Origin: an uncultured Chloroflexia bacterium
GTDB lineage: Bacteria > Chloroflexota > Chloroflexia > Thermomicrobiales > UBA6265
Direction of reading: 5' to 3'
DNA length: 64,000 nt
Assembly: GCA_963724295.1 (NCBI GenBank)
Contig: CAVRUC010000009.1
Span: 192,001-256,000, forward strand
A program made the position numbers and the translations under genes. The first letter of the stretch is position 1. Every line of letters begins with the position of its first letter. This document shows positions 22,977 to 33,623 of the stretch, in pieces. The notes below the pieces were generated by a model. It did not search any database. It worked only from the letters and a program-made list of their open reading frames with translations, and had not been told where the DNA came from.

Positions 22977-23019
22977 GCGTAGTACTCCCCCAAACGATCC
23001 CCCGGTCACGCGCCGGGGA

Positions 23020-23586
23020 TCAGAGGCCGGGGACTGGGGCAAAAAGTGCCTTCAGATCGGCCGACAATCCGGGAATAGTAGCGGAGATGGCGACATCGCT
23101 CGTCGTCTCTTCAGTGCGGTTGCGGCCATCCCGGGGATCGCTGAAGATGTTCACGGTCTCGGCATCCGGATCGACGACCCAATACTCGGGAACACCGTGC
23201 CGAGCATAGAGATCCCGCTTGGTCACACGGTCATAGTCACTGGTTGAAGGTGAAATGATCTCGACGGCCAGACTTGGCGCGCCCTCTACTCTTGCTTCAG
23301 TCAAGACAGGGCGATCGGAAAGAACGACAATCAGGTCAGGCTGGACCACCGAATTTTCTGCCAGCCGGACGTCCAGAGGAGCGAAGTAGACACGACCACG
23401 ACCTGACTCGAACACTACGTTTCTCAACAAGGTATAGAGGTTCCCCGCGATGTCCTGATGCAGCGGCGTCGGCGACGGCGTCACGAACAGCTCTCCCTCG
23501 ATCAGCTCAAAGCGATCGTTGCTCGCGTCCCGCATCCGCTGCAGGTCATCGATGGTAAGAGACCGGGATCGAGTTGCCATGACCAT
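23020..23586 (-). CDS. Uma2 family endonuclease
   Basis: RFELIEGEL...PSP...HQ, VQPDL, GAPSLAVEIISPST..YDR..K..LY...GVPEYWVVDP. Confidence 0.9.
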   Translation of the reverse strand: MVMATRSRSLTIDDLQRMRDASNDRFELIEGELFVTPSPTPLHQDIAGNLYTLLRNVVFESGRGRVYFAPLDVRLAENSVVQPDLIVVLSDRPVLTEARVEGAPSLAVEIISPSTSDYDRVTKRDLYARHGVPEYWVVDPDAETVNIFSDPRDGRNRTEETTSDVAISATIPGLSADLKALFAPVPGL

Positions 23587-23600
23587 GCTCCTTGGGACGC

Positions 23601-25043
23601 TCAGCTCCCGCGGTGGTGGGCGACGTACTCGAGCACGTCGGCGCGGGTGACGACGCCGATGATCGCCCCGTCGCGCTGCACCAGCACTGCCGGTGCGCCG
23701 GACGCCAGCATCGGCACGACGCGTTCGACCTCCTCGTTGGCGTCGACCAGCGGGAACGGACCGTCCATCACCGTGCTGACCTTGGCGCCCAGCGCGTCAG
23801 GGTTGCGGAAGAGCTGATCGAGGAGGCCTCGCTCCTGCACCGACCCCGCGACGGACTGCACCTCGACCCGCGCCGCGGCCCCATCCTCACCCACCAGCGG
23901 TGTCCCGGTGCGCACCACCGGGAGCTGCGAGATGTCGTGCTGGCGCAGTAGCTCGATGGCGTCGGCCACGGTCTGGTCGCAGCTCACGGCGACCACCGTC
24001 GGGGTTTCACCCGAGCGCCCGGCCACCACCGCACCAACACGGGCCGGTTGCGTGAAGCGGGAGAGGAACCCGTTCTCGCGCATCCAATCGTCACTGTAGA
24101 TCTTGGAGAGGTATCCCCGGCCACTGTCCGGCAGCAGCACGACGACGAGCGCCTCCGGGTCGTCCACCTGACGCGCCACGTCGAGTGCCGCATGGGCGGC
24201 CAGACCGCCGGAGCCGCCGATGAGAATCCCTTCCTCGCGGGTGACGCGTCGGGCGGCGAGGAACGAATCCTTGTCGGAGACCTTCACCCAGGCGTCAACC
24301 AGGGTCGGGTCGAAGGTACCCGGCCAGAAGTCCTCGCCGACCCCCTCCACCTTATAAGTGTGCATGGCGTCCGGTTGGGTGTAGATGCTTCCCTCAGGGT
24401 CGGCACCGACAACGTAGACTGATGGATTGTGCTCCTTGAGGTACTTCGCCACGCCGGAGATCGTTCCCCCGGTGCCAACCCCGGCGACGAAATGGGTCAC
24501 CCGCCCGCCGCTCTGCTGCCAGATCTCGGGACCGGTGGTTTCGTAATGCGTGCGGGGATTCATCGGGTTGAAATACTGGTTCGGCTGGAACGCATTCGGC
24601 ACTTCGCGTGTCAGGCGGTCGGCCACTGAGTAGTAGCTCTCGGGCGAGTCGCGCTCCACCGCCGTCGGCGTGGTGACCACCTGAGCGCCATAGGCGCGCA
24701 GCAGCGCGACTTTCTCAGGCGCCACCTTGTCCGGCATGACGAAGATGCAGGAGTAGCCCTTGACCGCCGCGGCGATGGCCAGGCCGACGCCGGTGTTGCC
24801 GCTGGTCGGTTCGACGATCGTCCCGCCTGGTCTCAGCCACCCTTTGCGCTCGGCTTCCTCGATCATGCGGATACCGATGCGGTCTTTCACCGAGCCGCCG
24901 GGGTTGAGCATCTCCAACTTGGCCACGACCGGCGTGCGAATCCCTTTGGTAACGCGGTTGAGCCGGACCAGTGGGGTGTGTCCCAGCGCGTCGATGACGT
25001 TCTGACGGATGTCGCTCGGCGCCGAAACGGCGGTTGTAGCCAT
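23601..25043 (-). CDS. cystathionine beta-synthase with C-terminal CBS domains
   Basis: G.TPLVRL, KLE..NPGGSVKDR, EPTSGNTG.GLA, GVGTGGT, EGVGEDF, PDSGRGYLSK; C-terminal ISQLPVV...GVVTRAD. Confidence 0.93.
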   Translation of the reverse strand: MATTAVSAPSDIRQNVIDALGHTPLVRLNRVTKGIRTPVVAKLEMLNPGGSVKDRIGIRMIEEAERKGWLRPGGTIVEPTSGNTGVGLAIAAAVKGYSCIFVMPDKVAPEKVALLRAYGAQVVTTPTAVERDSPESYYSVADRLTREVPNAFQPNQYFNPMNPRTHYETTGPEIWQQSGGRVTHFVAGVGTGGTISGVAKYLKEHNPSVYVVGADPEGSIYTQPDAMHTYKVEGVGEDFWPGTFDPTLVDAWVKVSDKDSFLAARRVTREEGILIGGSGGLAAHAALDVARQVDDPEALVVVLLPDSGRGYLSKIYSDDWMRENGFLSRFTQPARVGAVVAGRSGETPTVVAVSCDQTVADAIELLRQHDISQLPVVRTGTPLVGEDGAAARVEVQSVAGSVQERGLLDQLFRNPDALGAKVSTVMDGPFPLVDANEEVERVVPMLASGAPAVLVQRDGAIIGVVTRADVLEYVAHHRGS

Positions 25044-25179
25044 TGGGTGACTCCGGATAGAAAAACGAGGCGCAGGCACAGGGGGTCTCGGACCCGGGCT
25101 GATGGTAACACGCACCTTTTCGCGCACCGCCGGTCGTCCCGCTGACGTCCTCTACACTGCGTCGCCAGGAGGCGAGACC

Positions 25180-25813
25180 ATGACTGACGACCTCCAGACA
25201 GCGTCAGCGGAGCGCGCCGTCACAACCCGTGCTCAACATTCGCGGCGAACGGGTAGCGCTGGGTCCGCTGCATCGCGGGCTGCTACCGCTCATCGAGCGT
25301 TGGGACAACGACTTTCAGGTGGCTGACCTGAGGGGCGACGATCCCCGCCCCCATACGGCCGAATCGATCGCCGCTGGCTGGGAACCGCTACTGCGCGGCG
25401 AACGCGAGGACTGGATCGGGTTCGCCATCTACGCGCTTCCGGACCTGCGCCCGATCGGGATCACCAATATTCGGGATTTCACCAACTCGCATGGCACGGC
25501 CGAGTTCGGGATCGCTATCGGCGAGGCGACGGATCGCGGGCAGGGGTTTGGTACCGAAGCAACCAGGCTGGTCCTCGACTACGCGTTCACCATACTCGGG
25601 GTGTACAACGTCTGGCTCGATACGCTGGCCTACAACGTGGGCGCGATCCGTGCCTACGAGAAGGCCGGATTCCGCGAGATCGGTCGCCGCCGCGGCGCGC
25701 GGATGCTGGCTGGAAAGCGCTACGACGTGGTCCTCATGGACTGTATCGCCGACGAGTTCGTTCCGCCGACAACGCGGGTCCTGCCGGAGAGCGGCGACGA
25801 TCCCCGACCATAA
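25180..25813 (+). CDS. GNAT N-acetyltransferase, RimJ/RimL type (probable frameshift ~25226)
   Basis: AEFGIAIGE...RGQGFGTEA...VLDYAF..LG..NVWL.....N..AIRAYEKAGF. Confidence 0.85.
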
Positions 25814-26136
25814 CAAGCACTTGCCCGCGGGGATCGAATTCGCTCATGCACCAAAGCGGCCCATAGGCTGGGAGTGGCTGGCAAGGGCCGCATCTCGTGT
25901 CACCTTCGTAGTGGCGGACGCACGGGAACCCAGGTAGAGCCGTGCGTTCCGCGATCAGTAAGCAGCGATTGATCGCGGTGTCCTGCCATTCACACTCCCG
26001 CCTCAATGTGCTGTCCTGGAGGGCCAAGAAACGCTACCCGTTCGCCACGGCGTCAGGCATTGCCTTGAGCACGTACCATGAGTGTTGGAAACAGGCAGGA
26101 GATGGCCGCTACCCAACGGCCGGCCTGAGAGTGCCA

Positions 26137-26165
26137 TTGACGCTCTGTTGGCCCTATGCCAGACT
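26137..26165 (+). promoter_or_regulatory. putative promoter of sugar ABC operon 1
   Basis: TTGACG-N17-CAGACT with TG extended -10. Confidence 0.4.
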
Positions 26166-26233
26166 CGCGGCCACGATTAGCTAGACCAGCCGCGGGAACA
26201 GCCCGTGGACCGTCGACCGGGAGGCCCCTGGAG

Positions 26234-27556
26234 ATGAATGCCAACCTGACGATTTCGCGACGTACCGTTGTTGCCACTTCAACGGCGCTTGCGCTCGGCG
26301 CCTTCCCGAGGTGGGCATGGCACGCGCTGGCCCAGGACGACAATCTCGTGTTCTGGGATTCCAATAATTCTGGTGAGTTGCAGGAGCTCGTTGAAACACT
26401 CGCCGAGGAGTTCGAGGCGCAGAAGCAGGGCGTCACCGTCGAACACCAGGGATTCGAAACAGCCCAGCTCGACGACCAGCTTCAGCGCGCGGTCCAGAGT
26501 GGCGAGGGGCCGGATATCAGCCAGATCAACAACGGCGAGAACAGCATGGGCCCGATGGTCCGGGCTGGTCTCATCTTGCCGATGGACGACTACGCCGAGC
26601 AGTACGGCTGGAACGATCTCCTCTCGCCGGGCCTTATCGCGCGCAATCGTTACACCGAGGACGGGACGACGATCGGCGAGGGCGCGCTCTGGGGCGTGTC
26701 GTCGACCGCGGAGATCGTGGGCTTCTACTACAACAAGCAGATTTTCGCGGACAACGGGGTTGAAATTCCTGAGACCTTCGCCGACCTTGAAGCCGCCATG
26801 CAAACGTTCCAGGACGATGGCGTGACACCGCTAGTCTTCGGCAATCTCGATCCATGGCCCGCGATCCACCTCTTCGGCGAGATCCACGGCACCATGACGA
26901 CGCGAGAGTACCTCGACGGTCTGATCTACCGGCAGGGCGATCAATCCTGGGAAACGGACGAGATCAAACAGGCGGCCGCCAAGCTCCAGGAGTGGAAGCA
27001 AAATGGCTACCTGCTGCAAGGGTTCGAGGGCATCAGCCCTGACGACGCGGTGTCTCTCTTCGCGGCGGGACAGGGCGCGATGCTGATGCAGGGGAGCTGG
27101 GATGCGCCCAATCTCGCGGCGGAGATGAAGGAGAACGTCGGGTTCTTCTTGATGCCCCCGCGAGAAGCTGGCGGAACGGTGCTCCACGTCGGCGGGGTGG
27201 GCATTCCGTATGGCATCACCCAGAATGCGGAGAACGCGGATCTGGCAGCCGAGTTCATCAACTTCCTCGTCTCGGAGCGAGCGCTGGAGCTGATGGTCGA
27301 GCAGAGTGCGCTCCCTGGCCAGACGATTCCCGCCGAGATGATCGCGCCTGACACCCTCGCCGGAGATCTCTACACGGCCTGGAACGCGGCAAATGAGGCA
27401 GATGCCATCGGTCACTACTTGGACTGGGCCACCCCAACGTTTTACGACACGTTGAGCGCGGAGCTGCAGCGGCTGCTGGGGGACCAGACGACGCCGGAGG
27501 CCTTCGCCCAGGCGCTTCAGGCCGACTATGCTCGCTTCCTCGCGGAGCAAACCTAG
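26234..27556 (+). CDS. carbohydrate ABC transporter substrate-binding protein (Tat signal)
   Basis: SRRTVV Tat-like motif; GPDI, FYYNK.IF...G.E.P.T, F..G.GAM...GSW. Confidence 0.88.
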   Translation: MNANLTISRRTVVATSTALALGAFPRWAWHALAQDDNLVFWDSNNSGELQELVETLAEEFEAQKQGVTVEHQGFETAQLDDQLQRAVQSGEGPDISQINNGENSMGPMVRAGLILPMDDYAEQYGWNDLLSPGLIARNRYTEDGTTIGEGALWGVSSTAEIVGFYYNKQIFADNGVEIPETFADLEAAMQTFQDDGVTPLVFGNLDPWPAIHLFGEIHGTMTTREYLDGLIYRQGDQSWETDEIKQAAAKLQEWKQNGYLLQGFEGISPDDAVSLFAAGQGAMLMQGSWDAPNLAAEMKENVGFFLMPPREAGGTVLHVGGVGIPYGITQNAENADLAAEFINFLVSERALELMVEQSALPGQTIPAEMIAPDTLAGDLYTAWNAANEADAIGHYLDWATPTFYDTLSAELQRLLGDQTTPEAFAQALQADYARFLAEQT

Positions 27557-27575
27557 CCAACTGGGCAAGGCGGAG

Positions 27576-28480
27576 TTGGCAGCAAGGCCAACTCCGCCGG
27601 TCGCTCTCGTGCCGCTCGGCACTAATCCCCCTGGGAGCCGTACATCTACCTGCTCCCAGGGCTCCTCATTTTCGGGCTCTTCGTCGCGCTCCCACTTGGT
27701 GGCACGATCGCCCTGAGCTTCACCGAGTGGGATGGCTACGGGTCTCCGACATTCACCGGGCTGTCCAACTATGTCTACGCGGCCGGTGATCCCCTTTTTC
27801 GCAGCGCGGCCTGGCACAACCTGTTGCTCATCCCCTACTTCGCCCTTTTGCCGGCCTTCCTCGGTCTGCTGCCAGCCGTTCTCGTTCAGCAGATGAAGCT
27901 ACGCTGGGCGCCCCTCTTCCGCGTCGGGCTCTTCCTGCCGTACATCATGCCGGGAGTCCTGATCGGCGTCGTCTGGCGGTGGCTGCTCAACCCCGTCTTC
28001 GGCCCGGTCAACGCGCTGCTGAAGACCATCGGTGTGAACCCGCCGACGTGGCTGGGCGACTTCCGGTTAGCCTTGCCGACCGTCGGGCTGATTGGCGCCT
28101 GGGCAGCCTATGGATTTTGCTACGTCGTCTTCCTGGCGGGGATGCAGAAGATTCCGCGCGAGTTGTATGAGGCCGCGCGGCTCGATGGCGCCAATAGTCT
28201 GGAGGAGTTCCGGACGGTGACGTTGCCGGGATTGCGGCGCGAGATGGCGGTGGTGCTATCCGTCAACCTCATCAATGCCTTGCGCGTCTTCGATGTGATT
28301 GCGGCCACGACCGGCGGCGGGCCGGGACGAGAGACGAACGTCGTCGCACTGCACATGATCGATAGCGCGTTCAAGATCAACCGGGTCGGATATGGGACGA
28401 CCCTCGCGGTCCTGCTGACGCTGGTGACTCTCGTTCTTTCATTGCTGGTATTGCGATTGGTGGGAGGGCTGAATGACTAG
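27576..28480 (+). CDS. carbohydrate ABC permease (frameshift ~27628 in a C run; start approximate)
   Basis: YLLPG, SFTEWDG, FLAGMQKIP.ELYEAARLDGA (EAA loop), T.GGPG. Confidence 0.85.
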
Positions 28481-28567
28481 TGCGCCCGCGACGGACAACC
28501 CTGCGCCGGCGGATCGTCGTTGTGTCGAAAGGCTGAGTGATTTCGCGGTGACCTCCCGGGTACAGGG

Positions 28568-29389
28568 ATGAACCGGGCCGGACGCGTCCTCGTCTACGTT
28601 GCCCTCTCGCTCGGTGTCGCCTTGGCGCTGGCTCCGTTCGTCGTCACCACGCTGGCGTCGTTCAAGACGACAGTGGAGTTAGTGAAAGGACCGTTCCAGC
28701 CTCCCGAGGTCTGGCAATGGCAAAACTACCTGACCGCCTGGACTGACGGCAATCTCGACCGGTTCTTCCTGAACAGCCTGGTAGTCGCGGTGTTGGTCGT
28801 CGTGCCGTCCGTCTTTCTTTCGGCAATGACAGGCTATGCCTTCGCTCACTTCCGGTTCCGGGGATCGGGCCTACTCTTCGGCTTTCTCCTCCTCGGGCTA
28901 GTGGTCCCCTTACAGGCGCTGGTCATCCCACTGTTCTATCTCTTACGTGAGTTGGGACTGCTCAACTCCTACTTGGGTCTGATCCTGCCCCAGATCGCGA
29001 TGAGCCTGTCGTTCGGCACGCTCTTGATGCGTCAGGGATTCGTAGCGGTACCGCAAGAGATCGTCGAGGCATCGATCGTCGATGGGGCAAGCTCGTGGAC
29101 GACGCTTTGGCAGATCCTCTTCCCCCTGACGCGCCCGGTCATCGGAACGCTGGCGCTCATGCTCTTTATCTGGACCTGGAACGAGTTCCTCCTACCTCTG
29201 GTCGTCTCAATCCAGGAGGAGTATTGGACGCTCCCCGTGGGCCTACTCAACTTCCAGGCGCAGTGGACGTCGAACCTGCCCGTCATCGCTGCCGGCTCCA
29301 CGATCATCTTCTTGCCACTCACGGTCGTTTTCCTGATCTTCCAGCGGCAGTTGGTGGAAGGCATCACATCTGGCGCCGTGAAGGGGTAG
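28568..29389 (+). CDS. carbohydrate ABC permease
   Basis: SFKT, NY..AW, NSL, EIVEASIVDGAS, WNEFL.PL, TLPVGL, QRQLVEGITSGAVKG. Confidence 0.9.
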   Translation: MNRAGRVLVYVALSLGVALALAPFVVTTLASFKTTVELVKGPFQPPEVWQWQNYLTAWTDGNLDRFFLNSLVVAVLVVVPSVFLSAMTGYAFAHFRFRGSGLLFGFLLLGLVVPLQALVIPLFYLLRELGLLNSYLGLILPQIAMSLSFGTLLMRQGFVAVPQEIVEASIVDGASSWTTLWQILFPLTRPVIGTLALMLFIWTWNEFLLPLVVSIQEEYWTLPVGLLNFQAQWTSNLPVIAAGSTIIFLPLTVVFLIFQRQLVEGITSGAVKG

Positions 29390-29617
29390 TCCGGCTCGCC
29401 GCGGCCAGACGGGGAGTGCGTTTGCTTCCCATGGGAGCTATTTGAGCCACAGTTGGACCGCTTCTTCAGGATGCTCCCAATTGAATGCCCACGCCCTCGA
29501 CAAAGGCTGCCTCGATCAGGAAGGAGAGCGCCACGAGCGCCGGTATCCAGGGCGCACCAACTGCTCACTCAAGTCTCTCAGCTCACCGCATGATCGAGTG
29601 GAGCGGGGAAGCTCGTT

Positions 29618-30850
29618 TTAGGCGCGCTCGATGACCGGAACCGGGGCGCGGCGTCGTGTCCCGAGCCATAGCGCGAGCATGGCGACAGGAGCCAGCAGAC
29701 CGAGGGTGCGATAGGCAGCCTCGAAACTCCCCGTGGTCGCCAGTCCCCAGCCCGCCACGAATGGTCCCAGGGCCGTGCCGACACCGATGAACGCCGACGC
29801 TACCGACATGACCGCTCCCGGATGAGAGACGTCGCCTTCGAGCAGCAGTGCGTTCGCGGCGATATAGGCGGAGGCCGTGCCGTTCAGGACGATGATGGCC
29901 GCCAGCAGCGCGGCAGGGATCGTCGTCACGGCAATCCCTGTCAGCAGCAGCGCCGCGGCGACTGATGCCAGCATCACGTAGAGGATCGTCACCGCATCGA
30001 AGCGGCGCATCAGCGGCGGGGTGAGATTGTTGGCGACGAGCTCTGTGGCCCCGCTGAGGAAGAAGAGCACGCTGAGCACGGTCGCCGACGCCGCGAAGAC
30101 CTCGATCGTGTAGGCGCCGAAGTAGACGAGCCACCCCGCGTACAAGCCGAGGTTCAGCCCAAGCACGACCAGGAGACACCGCGTCCGCCCGTCACCGAGA
30201 ACGGCTCGGAACGCCGTCAGCGGATGTGGACGCTGGGTCGTCTCTGCTCGCGCCGGGCTCGGTGGCAGAGCGAAGGTGCCGGCCAGGAGGAGCACGACCG
30301 GTACGGCAATCGATGCCATCGCCATCCGCCAGCCAAGTCGCGCTTCGATCTGGGTCACGATCGGCATACCGATAACGAAGGCGAACGTCGTCGCCGAGAC
30401 GATGATCCCGATGGCCCGGTTCCGCCACACCGGATCACCGAAGAGCTCTCGGGCCCCGGTCATGCAGTTCGCCATGATGACCGCCGCCCCGCACGAAGCC
30501 AGCACCCGGCCAACCATGAGCCAGCCAAACGACGGAGCCAGCGCCGAAACAACGATGGCGATCAGCACCAGGGAACCTTCGAGCCGAAGCCAGGTGCGCC
30601 GGCTCCAGCGGTCCATCCAGGGCGTGGCTCCTAGAGAGGACACGACCCCGACGAGAGAGCCAAGTGTCGCCAGTTGCCCGGTCGTGGCATCCGAGGTGCC
30701 GAACTCCTCCCCAATCGAGCGTAGCAAGGGACTGAGGATGGCCATGTTGAGGAGGGTCACCGCCGCGCCCAGGCAGAGCACGAACAGGCCGACCCAGGTG
30801 CGCATGGTGTACCTGATCGTGGTATCCACCCTGCTCCCAGTGGCGCGCAT
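29618..30850 (-). CDS. MFS transporter
   Basis: About 12 TM helices; DRWSRR motif A-like; LMVGRVLA; GWR. Confidence 0.8.
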   Translation of the reverse strand: MRATGSRVDTTIRYTMRTWVGLFVLCLGAAVTLLNMAILSPLLRSIGEEFGTSDATTGQLATLGSLVGVVSSLGATPWMDRWSRRTWLRLEGSLVLIAIVVSALAPSFGWLMVGRVLASCGAAVIMANCMTGARELFGDPVWRNRAIGIIVSATTFAFVIGMPIVTQIEARLGWRMAMASIAVPVVLLLAGTFALPPSPARAETTQRPHPLTAFRAVLGDGRTRCLLVVLGLNLGLYAGWLVYFGAYTIEVFAASATVLSVLFFLSGATELVANNLTPPLMRRFDAVTILYVMLASVAAALLLTGIAVTTIPAALLAAIIVLNGTASAYIAANALLLEGDVSHPGAVMSVASAFIGVGTALGPFVAGWGLATTGSFEAAYRTLGLLAPVAMLALWLGTRRRAPVPVIERA

Positions 30851-31048
30851 CGCGATTCTCGAGTCCGAACCGGGGAATAGTACGTCCTGGAGGGAGTAGG
30901 CGGGCGGCACTCCGCACCGTCGTGCATCATTCAGGCAGTCGACCCACGTTCCGTGAGGAAGGGGCATTCTCTGCCCGGACTCCGCTAGATTTCCGAACGG
31001 ACCCGATTTTCCCATCGAATGCCGAATGAAACCGCGAAGGGAGCGACC

Positions 31049-31990
31049 ATGGCCCAGGAGTCCCGGCGATACACCGCGGCGGCTGTACAGGCGACGCCTG
31101 TCTTTCTCGATCGCGCGGCGACCGTGGCAAAGGCCGTCCGGCTCATCGAAGAGGTCGCGGCTGGTGGTTCACGACTCATGGTGTTCCCTGAGGCATTCAT
31201 CCCGGGATATCCGTTCTGGATCTGGAGGGATGGACCTGACGACATGCCCGGTCTCGAGCAGAAAGCGTTTGCTGCCCTCTGGCGCGAGTCCATAGACGTC
31301 CCCGGACCCGAGACTGAGCTGCTCGGCGACGCCGCGCGCGCGGCCGCATCCTGTGTTGTCATCGGCGTCAACGAACGGGAGTCGGCGTACGGCCGCGGTA
31401 CGCTCTACAACACGGTCTTGACATTTGATCCGGATGGGCGACTTATCGGCCGCCGCCGCAAGCTTGTCCCGACGTACCGCGAGCGCACGGTATGGGGTCA
31501 GGGTGACGGCAGCACGCTGGACGTGCAGGAGACACCCTTCGGTCGGGTTGGCGCCATGATCTGCTGGGAAAACTACATGCCACTGGCGCGCTACCACCAG
31601 TACGCCCAGGGGGAGCAGATCCATATTGCCGTCACAGCCGACGACAGTCCAACCTGGCAGAGCCTGATGATCGCGATCGCGGCGGAAGGGCGAGTCTACG
31701 TCATTTCAGCGTGCCAGTACTTTTCCCTCGAGCAATTCCCTGACCATCCCCAGCTGGGTGGGTTCGCGGCCGCGGGTGACGTTCTCAGTAGGGGTCGGAG
31801 TCTCATTGTGGCGCCCGGGGGTGGCATCCTGGCCGGTCCACTCGAGGGCGGTGAAGGGATCATTACCGCGGAGATCGACCTCGATCGTGTCATCGAGGAG
31901 AAACACAGCCTCGATGTTGCCGGGCACTACGCCCGGCCCGACATCTTCCAGCTCGAGGTCGACAAGCACGCGGCGTTGCCGTTTCGCTGA
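31049..31990 (+). CDS. nitrilase (carbon-nitrogen hydrolase family)
   Basis: FPEAFIPGYP (Glu), RRKLVPT..ER..WG.GDG (Lys), ICWENYMP (Cys), D..GHYARPDIF. Confidence 0.92.
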   Translation: MAQESRRYTAAAVQATPVFLDRAATVAKAVRLIEEVAAGGSRLMVFPEAFIPGYPFWIWRDGPDDMPGLEQKAFAALWRESIDVPGPETELLGDAARAAASCVVIGVNERESAYGRGTLYNTVLTFDPDGRLIGRRRKLVPTYRERTVWGQGDGSTLDVQETPFGRVGAMICWENYMPLARYHQYAQGEQIHIAVTADDSPTWQSLMIAIAAEGRVYVISACQYFSLEQFPDHPQLGGFAAAGDVLSRGRSLIVAPGGGILAGPLEGGEGIITAEIDLDRVIEEKHSLDVAGHYARPDIFQLEVDKHAALPFR

Positions 31991-32000
31991 CGGCCCGCCT

Positions 32001-33623
32001 CTAGCGATGCACGTAGACCGGCGTGCCGAGCTCGGCCCAGTCCCAGAAATAGCGGGCGTCGTCGAGCAGCAGATTGACGCAGCCGTGGCTGCCGGGGCGA
32101 CCGATCGTCTCCTTTGTCCGCCACCAGGCGAAATGAAGCGCGTGCCCAAGATCGGTGAAGTACTGGGTGAAGAGCACGTCGTCGAGCCGGTAATGATTCT
32201 CCGCGCCGATCGCGCCGGAGGTCATCGTCTCGTTCGCGACCCGGCTCAGGATCGAGTAGGACCCTGGCGGCGTCTCCCAACCGGCCATGCCGGTCGTGAC
32301 CTCGATCGTGCGCACCGGCGTCGTTCCGTCATACGCGGTGAGCAATTGCTGGATGAGGTTGATGTCGATCCACTTGCCCCAGATCGGCGCGTCGGCCGGT
32401 AGTGGGGTGGGGAGCACCGGCGCATTCCGTCCAATATTGCGGGAATAGACGAAGCGGTCGTTGCCGATCTTGGCCCACATGTCGGCGCCCTCGTGGACCT
32501 CCTCGCCCTGAACCCACTCCGTGACGGTGACGGGTGCGGCGTACTCCAGTGTCTCGACGATGCGGGATTTGGTCGTCGGCTCGCGGCGGACATTGGTTTC
32601 CTCCAACGTCGCGCCCTGCCAGACCGAGAGATCCCAGTCGGCCACCTGGAGTTGCGGTAACGGTGGCCGCTCCGTAAGGTAGCTGGCCGACACCCAGCCG
32701 GAGAGGCCATCCGCGTAGCCGGGGACCCACTCGCCGCTCGATCCCGCCGCGGCGATGAACTCGGTGTTGTCGGGCAGAACGGCCACCATGGCGGCATCGA
32801 GATTCGGCGCGGCCCGCAACCGTAGCCCGTCGGACGCCTTGATCAGAAATGTGCTGCCGCCGGTCGGCGGCGCAGGCTGAAAGGCGGCGTCGCCCAGCAC
32901 ACCGTCCCGCTCCGCCAGGTAACGACCCATCGGCCGCAGCGAGACGACGCCGCCACGGTTCTCCAGAATGGCGCTCTCCAAGACCTGGATCTGGATGCCG
33001 GGGTCAGCAGAATCGGTGAATGGCTCGGAGACCGGTGGGCCGAAAAGGGTCTCGCCGTCCCACTGCTGCCAGAACGACGCGAACGGCTCGCTCAACGTGT
33101 GGCTCGTCTCAGGAAAGAACCGGCAATTCGCGCTTGCGGCCTGGCAGCCGGGCACCGGGTCGCCGGCGCGGCCCACCAGCGCCTCGGCCCAGACCGACTT
33201 TCCCAGTGGTTGACCGCGGACGTCATTCGGCGGCGCCTGGCCGGGGTCATACAGCATGACCAGGTTCTCGAAGGTCTGGAGCACGCCGCCGGCGCCGGCA
33301 GCGTAGCGCTCTTCGGAGAGCGGTGCGCCGAAGACGGATTCGCCTCCGGCCTGATGCCAACGCGATCGGAATGGCTCGGCCAGGTTATGCCCCGTCTCGG
33401 CGAAGTAGAGGCTGCCGGCGCCGGGCGCCGCTGGCGCGACCTCTGACCCCGGCGCCGGTGTGGTTCCCTCTGATGGCACGATCTCCTGCGCCGCGGCAGT
33501 CTGAATCTGATTCAGCCCTCGCCACATCGCGCCGAGTCCGAGCGCGCCCGCGGTTAGAGCCAGGAAACGCCGCCGCGCGAAGCGTCCGAGGTGGGCGGCT
33601 CTGCATTCGTTCATCCACGTCAC
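32001..33623 (-). CDS. L,D-transpeptidase (YkuD) with Tat signal, two 'YFxETGH' repeats and SH3b-like domains
   Basis: ARRRFL; YFAETGH...FGAPLSE and FFPETSH...FGPPVSE; LRLRAAP and NVRREP SH3b starts; ALHFAWW...GRPGSHGCVNL. Confidence 0.88.
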   Translation of the reverse strand: MTWMNECRAAHLGRFARRRFLALTAGALGLGAMWRGLNQIQTAAAQEIVPSEGTTPAPGSEVAPAAPGAGSLYFAETGHNLAEPFRSRWHQAGGESVFGAPLSEERYAAGAGGVLQTFENLVMLYDPGQAPPNDVRGQPLGKSVWAEALVGRAGDPVPGCQAASANCRFFPETSHTLSEPFASFWQQWDGETLFGPPVSEPFTDSADPGIQIQVLESAILENRGGVVSLRPMGRYLAERDGVLGDAAFQPAPPTGGSTFLIKASDGLRLRAAPNLDAAMVAVLPDNTEFIAAAGSSGEWVPGYADGLSGWVSASYLTERPPLPQLQVADWDLSVWQGATLEETNVRREPTTKSRIVETLEYAAPVTVTEWVQGEEVHEGADMWAKIGNDRFVYSRNIGRNAPVLPTPLPADAPIWGKWIDINLIQQLLTAYDGTTPVRTIEVTTGMAGWETPPGSYSILSRVANETMTSGAIGAENHYRLDDVLFTQYFTDLGHALHFAWWRTKETIGRPGSHGCVNLLLDDARYFWDWAELGTPVYVHR

